64,000 bases of DNA. Source: Candidatus Bathyarchaeia archaeon. GTDB taxonomy: Archaea; Thermoproteota; Bathyarchaeia; Bathyarchaeales; Bathycorpusculaceae. This document shows positions 49,301-56,650 of the stretch, in pieces. Numbering within the stretch: the stretch's first letter is position 1; the number at the start of each line of letters is the position of its first letter. Both the position numbers and the translations under genes were made by a program. The stretch lies in assembly GCA_049521795.1 (NCBI GenBank), contig JBEKOM010000001.1:256001-320000 (forward strand), given 5' to 3'. The notes under the pieces were generated by a model that was not told the DNA's origin, searched no databases, and saw only the letters and a program-made list of their open reading frames with translations.

Positions 49301-49772
49301 CACCCACGACCAGCGTTAACGCTTGGTCTGTTCCGCCTGCGGCCCTTATAGGCCCTGCAAAGTATATGGCAAGGTAACGTGTCCGGTCGCTATTTGCTTT
49401 GATCTTCACGTGCGCTACTCCCTGTATTGGCGCAGCCGTTAGACCTTCCGTGAAAATCGCTAGCGCCGTTCGAATCGCCTGTTCTGCAGCGGCTTCTGGT
49501 TCCATGTGTCCGAACTTGCCGTACACTATCTCTTCGGTCACCTTGAATGCCAGCTCTTCCCTCGAAAGCCTAGAGCTCAGTTCCCTTATGCTGTGAGCAA
49601 CTCCCTTCGGGCCCACGAGCCCCTCTACGAGGTCGGCCAGGTCCTTAGCAATCCTGCACTCAGGTTCAAGCGAAGGGTCAAGCCCCTTCTCCCTAGCCTT
49701 CTTGCTCAATTCGCAGAGTTGGGTCAGTCCACTTTCAAGGGCCTCAGTGTATTGCCGATAGGCTGCGCTCAT
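46365..49772 (-). CDS. polC: DNA polymerase D large subunit DP2
   Basis: YFAGPIRAAGGT, GGFRLRYGRARNTG, RMGRPEKA, KRRDCDGDED, C-terminal Zn finger; no intein; start may lie a few codons upstream. Confidence 0.96.
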   Translation of the reverse strand: MSAAYRQYTEALESGLTQLCELSKKAREKGLDPSLEPECRIAKDLADLVEGLVGPKGVAHSIRELSSRLSREELAFKVTEEIVYGKFGHMEPEAAAEQAIRTALAIFTEGLTAAPIQGVAHVKIKANSDRTRYLAIYFAGPIRAAGGTDQALTLVVGDFVRRLLGLDRYKPTEEEMSRFIEELRIYERSSGMRFQYHIPDEELRKALGWLPVEVTGTESDPIEVSTFRNLPRVETNRVRGGALRVVNDGIVGRAQKVLTIIEKLGFQGWDWLGDIHRKSEKKSSGFMDDVIAGRPVFSFPSRRGGFRLRYGRARNTGLAAVGIHPATMLVLDGFLAGGTQLRMELPGKGGIVVPVDTIEGPVVRLNDGSVIRVSVDEFNEARGRIEKILFLGDILVSFGDFLYNSRFLTPSGYVEEWWAEDLRKKVAEKFDGNLERVSETVGIQPERLKSLLTDFFVSKPSLSEAVALSTEMRVPLHPAFTFFWSSLSSVEQLEQVRTWLLASQVQTEGAAVRKIVGEMDSEVKHALEMICLPHKVLDGKMLIEGEDAGAFAFCLGYGAPCGLGFSSAKTVLEAVNSLSGVQVKDKAPTLVGARMGRPEKAKRREMKPLVHVLFPVGLAGGSQRDLVEAAKHGPTFVEIIKRKCPECGTFTSRVKCPACGSETAPEKSCPRCGKSLKQDACPTCKTSAIRYQKQVVNFRETIESACRDLSVSMPRILKGVKGLTNQTKTPEILEKGVLRSKHDLSVYKDGTIRFDTTNAPLTHFKPCEVEVSVQILRALGYACDVKGAPLTDASQVCELKLQDVVIPVKAAEYFVSVASFLDELLSKVYGLPPYYHVRRIEDLVGHLIVGLAPHTCVGILGRIIGFTNLNLCYAHPIWHSAKRRDCDGDEDTLMLALDTLLNFSREYLPAQIGGIMDAPLLLIPVVNTNEVQRQAHDFDVADSYPLEFFEKTWEKVEARQVSSMIDLVGYRLGTEAQFEGFSFTTPVSNVNMGNRESSYKSLKTMTDKLEGQLELAEKIVAVDADKVALRVLTKHFMRDIAGNLRAFSTQSFRCKSCSKRFRRLPLRGKCPTCGGELTLTVYRGGIEKYLEVAQHLIDKYDLPKYYSQRISLVKEEISSLFDSRKPKQISLTDFA

Positions 49773-50242
49773 CTTTTCGCCCAAGTCTCCCACTCGCAAA
49801 GCCAGTGTGTATGAAACAAGCTTATTTCTGTTCTCTGACAGGAACAAGTCAAAAAGCCAAATCACTGAACCCTTCTATTCCGTGCGAATTCTACAAGAAC
49901 AAACTGCTGGTTCCCTCACTCCTGGCGCGGAGCTGGTTGTTCTTTGGTCGCTTCTCTCGCAGGTTCACCTCTTCTAATCACAGTTTCTGTGTGCGGCTTT
50001 TACATTGTAAGACGCGACCGTCTCAAATCTATGTTGAAAGTGGTGCCCCAACCAGTAACAAGGCTGCACGTGTCTGACTGAGAGTCGCTAGCTGGATCTG
50101 CTGCAGAAAAGACTGGGACGGCTCGTCTTGTTACCGAGGTTAAACACAAAACAGGGAGGCTCAGCCGAGGCTACACCAAAGGGTCATCTTCGCGGGAAAT
50201 TTTCATGGCGTTTAACGAGCTTTAAGAGCCGTCAGCGGCCTT

Positions 50243-50995
50243 TCACGTCCTGCCGCGTCTTATGCCTTCGATGATTTCCGAAACCTTGTGTTTGATGCCT
50301 GTCTCCTCAATGAGGTTACCCGTGACGATTATGTCTGCGCCCGCAGACGCCGCGGTTAACGCTTGCTCTCGGGATCTTATGCCACCCCCAACGACCAGGG
50401 GCACATCAACGTAATGCTTGACGCCACGGATCATCTCGGAAGGAACTGGATTCTTGGCACCTGATCCACCTTCCAAGTAGATGAAGCGCATGCCCAGGTA
50501 CTGGCCTGCTAACGCGTGGGCCGCCGCTAACTCAGGCTTGTCGTACGGGATCGGAATAGCCTTACCCACAATGCCCGCTGTGCCGCCCTCACCAACGATT
50601 ACGTAGCCGAGCGGGAGAGGTTCCAAACCGTACCTTTTTACAAGAGGAGCCCCCAAGATCTGAGCCCCCACCAGAAAGTACGGGTCCACCGAGTTCAGAA
50701 GCGACATGAACCATATCGCATCTGCGTAACGGCTTATGCCAGTAACATTGTTGGGAAAAAGGATTATTGGAATCTTCACAGCACGCTTGACCATCTTCAC
50801 AACATCATCCAAATGAGCCGCAGACACGAACGTCGAGCCACCGATCATAATCGCTGAAGTCTCGCATGCTCTCGCTTTGCCCGCGATCTTCGAAGCCTGT
50901 GGCGGAGTCACCCTTTCAGGGTCTATAAGCGTTATATGAATAGAACCCTCAGCCGCGATCTTTTCAAGAAGATACTTCTCAACGTTGCCTTCCAT
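50243..50995 (-). CDS. Geranylgeranylglyceryl-phosphate synthase
   Basis: HITLIDP, IMIGGST, FMSLLNS, YLEGGSGA, VGGGIR. Confidence 0.92.
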   Translation of the reverse strand: MEGNVEKYLLEKIAAEGSIHITLIDPERVTPPQASKIAGKARACETSAIMIGGSTFVSAAHLDDVVKMVKRAVKIPIILFPNNVTGISRYADAIWFMSLLNSVDPYFLVGAQILGAPLVKRYGLEPLPLGYVIVGEGGTAGIVGKAIPIPYDKPELAAAHALAGQYLGMRFIYLEGGSGAKNPVPSEMIRGVKHYVDVPLVVGGGIRSREQALTAASAGADIIVTGNLIEETGIKHKVSEIIEGIRRGRT

Positions 50996-51009
50996 ACAAA
51001 CCGACCTTA

Positions 51010-51273
51010 TCAGGCACCCTTGATCACAGCAGAAGGCCTTCGAGACTGGCCATAAGTCTTATCGGTGAACATGCAGTAAACGTCAACCTCAGCCTGAGCA
51101 GGCTTAACTGGGAACCGCTCCCTGAGACCACAGCTACCGCATCCAACGACTGCGCATCCTTCCTCACGAAGGATCTCAACCCTCACCGTTTCCTTCCCAC
51201 ACCTGGGGCAAGGGAACAGTCTTGGAAGATGTTTCCTAGGGATGCGTACGACCTTTTTCCTTCTTCTACCCAT
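51010..51273 (-). CDS. elf1: Transcription elongation factor Elf1
   Basis: MGRRRKK, FPCPRCG, CGSCGL, VDVYC.F.D. Confidence 0.88.
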   Translation of the reverse strand: MGRRRKKVVRIPRKHLPRLFPCPRCGKETVRVEILREEGCAVVGCGSCGLRERFPVKPAQAEVDVYCMFTDKTYGQSRRPSAVIKGA

Positions 51274-51372
51274 ACACGGGTCCTTCTCCGTTGGAAACGG
51301 CAGACACCCATATTTATGTTTGTCCTTAAATAGTTGCCTACAACCATACATCCATGGGAGCGCATCTCCTTG

Positions 51373-52212
51373 ATGTTGACGCCTGTAGTTCTTGATGTAA
51401 ATCTGCCAGAAACGGGGAACAGGATCCAACGGTTCATCAAGGACTATGTGGAGAACATGGGCGCGAAGGGCATAGTCGTGGGGGTATCCGGTGGAGTAGA
51501 CAGCTGCACCGTGGCTGCGATATCGGCTAGAGCCATCGGTGGGGACAAGGTCCTGGGACTGATGCTACCCGAAGAAGAAACGCGAAACTCCCAAGACATT
51601 GCAGATGGGAAACTCGTTGCTAAAGAATTCCATTTCAAAACAGAGAAAATCGACATCACACCTCCGTTGGAGGCGTTTTACAGTTCAATGCGTATTTACG
51701 ACCCTTCAGACAGACTGAGCAAAGGTAACATAAAGGCGCGCACACGCATGATCTACCTGTACTACTACGCTAACAGACTGAGCATGCTCGTCTGCGGAAG
51801 CTCAGACAAGTCAGAAACCATGATGGGCTACTTCACGAAATGGGGAGATGTTGCAGCGGACATTTCGCCGATAATGGATTTGTACAAGACCCAAGTCCGA
51901 AAACTAGCCCAGCACATAGGCATTCCAAGAGAAGTCGCCGAAAAGCCCTCTACCCCTGCCCTCTGGCCAAACCAGCTGGCCGAAGATGAACTGGGCATTA
52001 GGTATGAACAGCTCGACCTTATTCTGTACGGACTGGAGCACTTCATGAAGCCAAGCGAGATAGCCCATCAACTGCAGATCAAACAAAGTATAGTCGACAG
52101 AATAAAGAGCAGGTGGCTTTCAGCTGAACACAAGAGGCGCATGCTACTGACGGCAAAGCTTGAATACCGAACGATAGGTACTGACTTCAGACTTCCACGC
52201 GGCCCCAGCTAG
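51373..52212 (+). CDS. nadE: NAD+ synthetase (synthetase domain only)
   Basis: GVSGGVDS, NIKARTRM, GYFTKWGD, DLYKTQV, EHKR. Confidence 0.93.
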   Translation: MLTPVVLDVNLPETGNRIQRFIKDYVENMGAKGIVVGVSGGVDSCTVAAISARAIGGDKVLGLMLPEEETRNSQDIADGKLVAKEFHFKTEKIDITPPLEAFYSSMRIYDPSDRLSKGNIKARTRMIYLYYYANRLSMLVCGSSDKSETMMGYFTKWGDVAADISPIMDLYKTQVRKLAQHIGIPREVAEKPSTPALWPNQLAEDELGIRYEQLDLILYGLEHFMKPSEIAHQLQIKQSIVDRIKSRWLSAEHKRRMLLTAKLEYRTIGTDFRLPRGPS

Positions 52213-52234
52213 ACTGAACGGAGGAGGATAATTA

Positions 52235-53068
52235 ATGAAGGAGAGGTTCAAGGTTGCTCTTGCACAGATTAGCTGCAAACCGGCAGACAAGGAACAGAAC
52301 CTGAAGAAGATCAAAACAACCGTCACCAGAGCCAAGGAGAAAGGAGCAGACCTCGTGATATTGCCAGAACTCTCGCTCACAGGCTACGTCGTGAGAGACC
52401 AGATCTATGAATTGGCTGAGGAGATCCCTGGACCATCAACAAGAACCATACAGAGAATTGCGAGGGACGCAGGCATGCACGTCATTTTTGGGATGCCTGA
52501 AAAGAGCAAAATGGCGCAGGCTACCCTTCACAACACCGCAGTACTTGTAGGTCCCAAGGGCTTAATTGGCAAGTACCGTAAGATGTACCTCCCAACTCAC
52601 AGCGTCTTCGAAGAAAAAAGGTACTTTCGCCCAGGCTACGAGACCGGTGTCTTCGACACTGACCTTGGAAAGATAGGTTTGCTCATATGCTACGACATAT
52701 ACTTCCCAGAGGTCACTCGGCTCGCGCGCCTCGCAGGAGCCCAATTGACCGTGTGCATCTCAGCTTCACCTGCGGTTCGTCGATCATTCTTTGAGATACT
52801 CACTGCTGCGCGCGCAGTCGAGAACACGACCTTTCTGGCCTTTGTGAACCTCGTTGGAGTCGAGGACGGCTTGCAGTTCTGGGGCGGCAGCAGGCTGGTT
52901 GGCCCTAACGGGAGAGTCCTCGCCCAAGCCAAGTACGACGAGGAAGATTTTGTTATTAGCGAGGTGGACTACGCCGACATACGACCCCTTGAAGCCTTCA
53001 TCCCCACGTTGAAAGATCTGCGTCCAGAGCTGTTTGACAAGCTAAAGGCACGCGCAGAAGAATTGTAG
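52235..53068 (+). CDS. Carbon-nitrogen hydrolase (nitrilase family); possible glutaminase partner of NadE
   Basis: Glu-Lys-Cys triad: LPELSLTGY, YRKMYLP, LICYD. Confidence 0.88.
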   Translation: MKERFKVALAQISCKPADKEQNLKKIKTTVTRAKEKGADLVILPELSLTGYVVRDQIYELAEEIPGPSTRTIQRIARDAGMHVIFGMPEKSKMAQATLHNTAVLVGPKGLIGKYRKMYLPTHSVFEEKRYFRPGYETGVFDTDLGKIGLLICYDIYFPEVTRLARLAGAQLTVCISASPAVRRSFFEILTAARAVENTTFLAFVNLVGVEDGLQFWGGSRLVGPNGRVLAQAKYDEEDFVISEVDYADIRPLEAFIPTLKDLRPELFDKLKARAEEL

Positions 53069-53143
53069 ATCCAAGAAAAAACTCAACCGCCAAGATCCGT
53101 TTACCAATTCGTCGAAAGCTGCGAAACAACCAAGTTGATAATG

Positions 53144-53307
53144 TCACAAACCATCGTCCTGGCACCTCATCAGAAATCACAACCACGTCACGCTCAACTG
53201 TGATCCTCTTGAAATGATGGCGTCTTTGCAAGGAAGAAATCAGGCAAACGGGTTGTTTGGAAATGGTGGCTAATCACACGTGACTCACGTGTGACGGCTG
53301 GCATCAC
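53144..53307. repeat. TCAC/GTGA box cluster 1 including a 21-bp palindrome
   Basis: 9 TCAC/GTGA in 164 bp; TCACACGTGA-C-TCACGTGTGA at 53274..53294. Confidence 0.7.
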
Positions 53308-53874
53308 ATAATGAACAACATGTTTGAAGATCAGTATACCATCAAAAGAGATGCTGGCTGTTTTGCGGCCAATAGAAACGGGTCTATACACAACGAGCCC
53401 AAAATCGGGGAGCAATATTACAGTGGCCAACTTCGCGAAACGGCCAAAACAGGGACACTTTCGCCCTCGCACGTCGCAGTTCAGACCACACCTGAGTAAG
53501 TCACCGCCCCGATATGTTCCTCACGCTAGAACCTCCTAAAACTCAGCCATCCTTCCCTTGTTGCTCCCCATCGAGCCCCAAAACATCCCCAGAGAGCAGA
53601 CATCGGCCTTTCCGCAGGCGCGGGTAAACTCGCTTTCGCATTCCTCGGGCTAAAACAGAAAAACGGCACTGCACACAAAGCTTCAGTCGTTTGCGCCTCC
53701 AGAATTGGTCAGAACCAGAAACCGCTCGCTCTCTCTAATTATCTGCCAATTTCCTGGCATATGCTTCTCCTGTCCCCCGAACTCAAATCGCGCCGCATTG
53801 GAATGCGATACTTTTAAGAGCTGGGTCCGTATACAAAACCGTATCCATTCAAACCATCTCAGGGGCGATGATAT

Positions 53875-54354
53875 TTGAAGCTGAGAGACAGCGTCCAATC
53901 GATGCTAGTAAGCTCAATTAACGACCCTATTGCCAAAATCATGGCCGACAACAGCCATTTAACAAAAACTCAGCTTGAAACGCTCCTCATAGACATATTG
54001 TCCGACAATATCTCAGACAAAGCGCTGAAGTACGACGAAAAGGCCCGATTAAGGCTAACCAAGGCCAAAATCAGTCGTGGAGCGTTCAACCGGACTCTAA
54101 AGCAGGCCAAGGAAAATGTCACAAAATCAGTCTACACTGTAATACTGCTAGGGTACTTGGGACTCTTCGAAACCACAACTCTTGACCCATATCTTGAGGT
54201 CGCAAACCAACTGCACACGTATTTGGATGCATACAAGAACGCGGTCAGCGAAGGTACAAGCATCAGTGAGCGCCTGAAAATCATAGGTTTGCTCCGCCAA
54301 CAGCTCGAAACAAGCCTAAAAGAACTCTCCAGTCGTCCGACCAGGCCAATGTGA
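53875..54354 (+). CDS. Hypothetical protein with helix-turn-helix-like segment
   Basis: 159 aa; SHLTKTQLETL...ISRGAFNRTLKQAKENV pattern; natural amino-acid composition. Confidence 0.7.
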   Translation: MKLRDSVQSMLVSSINDPIAKIMADNSHLTKTQLETLLIDILSDNISDKALKYDEKARLRLTKAKISRGAFNRTLKQAKENVTKSVYTVILLGYLGLFETTTLDPYLEVANQLHTYLDAYKNAVSEGTSISERLKIIGLLRQQLETSLKELSSRPTRPM

Positions 54355-54642
54355 CATCACAAATCACGCCCCAAAATACGGTACTTGTACCCTGCAACCA
54401 CAGCTGTTAGCAGAAGCCCAATTCACATCGCAAATCGTGATAAGAACCCAAGGCAGCCATCTTTCCCGGAACATGTTAATGAGGCGCTAGATGCATCGGT
54501 TATACTTAAAAGTGTGATGTGTGACATCATGCCTGCTCGTCACCATGGTACGCACCATAAGTCTTAAATGCTGCATGGGCGAGATGTGATGTGTGATGCA
54601 ACGTGTTCGAGTCACGTATAATCACGTTTGAATCACAGGTGA
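54351..54642. repeat. TCAC/GTGA box cluster 2
   Basis: 14 TCAC/GTGA in about 290 bp; TGTGATGTGTGA twice (54513, 54585); TGTGACATCACA at 54350. Confidence 0.7.
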
Positions 54643-54649
54643 ATTTCTA

Positions 54650-55363
54650 TTGGATTATCTATTGTTTATCCTCGTGAGTTGTCTTCTTGCAGCGACCGCC
54701 GTCTCGGCGCTGGAATACTACCGTAGGTTGCGTCAGGCCAAAGGGGAATACGAAGAAGCACGAGGAGCGGTCGAGGACATTGTTTTGAGTTTCAACAGGC
54801 AGTTCAGGCGCGAAGACGAGAAACTAGAGGCGGTTGCTTACAAAGTTGAGGCTGTGGATTCGAAAAGCGACAGAGTAGTCAACAAGATGGGAGATATGGA
54901 AAAGAGGTTGAACACGGCGGAGGCAAAGGTCGGTGCCGACTCTGAAGGCAGTGAGAGATTGGCAGTTCGACTGGCTGAGGTTGAAAACAAAACCCGTGAT
55001 ATGATAGCATCACAAGAAGCAGTCACAGCAAGAATTGTGGACTTGGAACAGCGAGCTAGGCAATTCTCAGCCTTCCCTGAAGCTAGCCTTGAAGCGGCGA
55101 TACCGATAAGGAGAGACAAGGCGTTGGCACAGTTGACTGCTACAGAGGTTGCAGTGTTGGAGCTCCTGGCATCAGAGGGGTCAAAGACCGCGCCACAGAT
55201 AAAGGAAAAAGTCAGACTTAGCAGAGAACACACGGCAAGGTTGATGAAGAAGCTCTACGAAGAGGGGTACTTGGACAGGGAAACCATCAAGATCCCGTTT
55301 AAGTACAGCGCCAAGAAGGAGATAGAGAAACTTCTCGGGAAACCGCAGGATCAAGCTGCCTAA
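54650..55363 (+). CDS. Membrane anchor + coiled coil + C-terminal winged-helix protein
   Basis: N-terminal YLLFILVSCLLAATAVSAL; heptad-rich middle; LTATEVAVLELL..KTAPQIKEKVRLSREHTARLMKKLYEEGYLDR; AGGTGA RBS. Confidence 0.8.
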   Translation: MDYLLFILVSCLLAATAVSALEYYRRLRQAKGEYEEARGAVEDIVLSFNRQFRREDEKLEAVAYKVEAVDSKSDRVVNKMGDMEKRLNTAEAKVGADSEGSERLAVRLAEVENKTRDMIASQEAVTARIVDLEQRARQFSAFPEASLEAAIPIRRDKALAQLTATEVAVLELLASEGSKTAPQIKEKVRLSREHTARLMKKLYEEGYLDRETIKIPFKYSAKKEIEKLLGKPQDQAA

Positions 55364-55403
55364 TCTGCCTGCCTCGAATGAAAGCTCGCGGCTGCGAGAA
55401 GGC

Positions 55404-55850
55404 TCACTGTTTCACTGTAATGTCCGTTACTTTCGCAGCGACTTGGGCCACACTTGTCGCCACTTTGTACCTCAAGCTGTTGGATGGCCCGGCTCTTAAT
55501 AGGAGCTTCTTTCCTGCCATCCTCGCGAGGTACGTTGCTACAGTACTCAGGCCTATTGGCTCTCTAAACTCCTGTTCGAAAATAGTTTGCACCTCTCTGG
55601 AGGAGAACCAAACCAAAGTGAAGTGTTTTTGAACTGTTGCTCTGACCTTGTCATACTTTGACGGTTCTCTAGCTAAAGTGGAATTTGAACCTGGATTTCC
55701 ACCATCCCCGGGGACCCCACCAAGGAGTTCCACCAGGTCGAGCAACCGCACCGCCTTATCGCGTGTGACCTGCCCTTCAAAGCTTATTGAGTAACGATTG
55801 CCCTCGCTGTCGAAAAGTTCGACGCGCATTTTTCTGGCTGGCATTGGCAT
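55404..55850 (-). CDS. Two-domain protein: small N-terminal beta/alpha domain, G/P linker, C-terminal winged helix
   Basis: KMRVELFDSEGNRYSISFEG..., WFSSREVQTIFEQEFREPIGLSTVATYLARM; divergent from oriC/cdc6. Confidence 0.75.
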   Translation of the reverse strand: MPMPARKMRVELFDSEGNRYSISFEGQVTRDKAVRLLDLVELLGGVPGDGGNPGSNSTLAREPSKYDKVRATVQKHFTLVWFSSREVQTIFEQEFREPIGLSTVATYLARMAGKKLLLRAGPSNSLRYKVATSVAQVAAKVTDITVKQ

Positions 55851-56043
55851 GTACACCTGGCGGCTGCGTTCACAATTTCACAGTTCACAAGCTATAGGTG
55901 TTACGGTGAACACTGTGCTGCAAAAGGGAAACAAAACAGCCTCTAAATCAATAAAGCAGCTATATTTCCAGCCTTATTGAGATTGCGCGGGTAACAGGTT
56001 TTCAGAAAGTCAAAATGAGAATAGACTCGGTACGAAACGCGTT

Positions 56044-56620
56044 TTCCAGTGGAAGAGCAGGGGTGAGCTATTCACAGAAAAGAAGCATAGATGACTCAAT
56101 TGGAGGAAATAGGCGGATGTGGAAACGACATTGGTAGGTAAACTTCACAAGGATTTCACGGAAAGTGAACGAAAAAATGGACGAGTGCGCGCCGCTACGG
56201 GTGGAAGGTTTCAGTGGAGTGGAGTTTAGAGGTGTTAAATAAGCAAAAGGTTCCAATTGGCAGTCTACACCGCAAGCAGTATGTAGAAAAGAAGTCACAC
56301 CCCTTCATTTCCATTGGAAAGGGTGTAAGTCTAGTATTGTCTGTAAGCAAGTTTGAAATGTTTTTTAGTAAATGTCTAAAATTCTAGCTGAAAGTAAATA
56401 TAACGTCATTTACCAATTACATAGAGGAGTACAAGTTTTTCTAAGTATAATTAGCATTTCTTCAACTCAAAGAGTGAACACTTCCATCAGAAGCTGGGGG
56501 GTGTGCCTGTTCATGTTGGAGGGTATTTAGTGTTAAAGGTGTGCTTCTTCTTTAGAATTCTTGTGCTTAGTATTTAAATTTCTGTATGGTAGGGCTTATG
56601 TTTTCCACAGGAAGAACGCT
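56044..56620. other. Chromosomal replication origin (oriC): ORB elements flanking an AT-rich DNA-unwinding region
   Basis: ORBs TTCCAGTGGAAGAGCAGGGGT (56044, +), TTTCCAATGGAAATGAAGGGGTGT (56297..56320, -), TTCCATCAGAAGCTGGGGGGTGT (56482, +); AT-rich 56330..56470; directly upstream of cdc6. Confidence 0.88.
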
Positions 56621-56650
56621 TGTTACTACTGGACTCTGTGAGTTGATGGA

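Noticed and set aside
46365-49772. Intein in DP2 (a common insertion site)
   Set aside because: KRRDCDGDED is uninterrupted and the length (about 1135 aa) is that of an intein-free DP2
49870-50240. SRP RNA or RNase P RNA in the DP2-GGGPS spacer
   Set aside because: Neither the SRP helix 8 motif nor the RNase P GAGGAAAGTCC motif was found on either strand
53194-53898. Short ORFs (62-92 aa) in the spacer upstream of 53875
   Set aside because: Mutually overlapping, no motifs or RBS; none stands out as coding
54350-54361. Bacterial CRP site (TGTGA...TCACA)
   Set aside because: Spacer is 2 bp, not 6, and the context is archaeal; counted instead as part of the TCAC array
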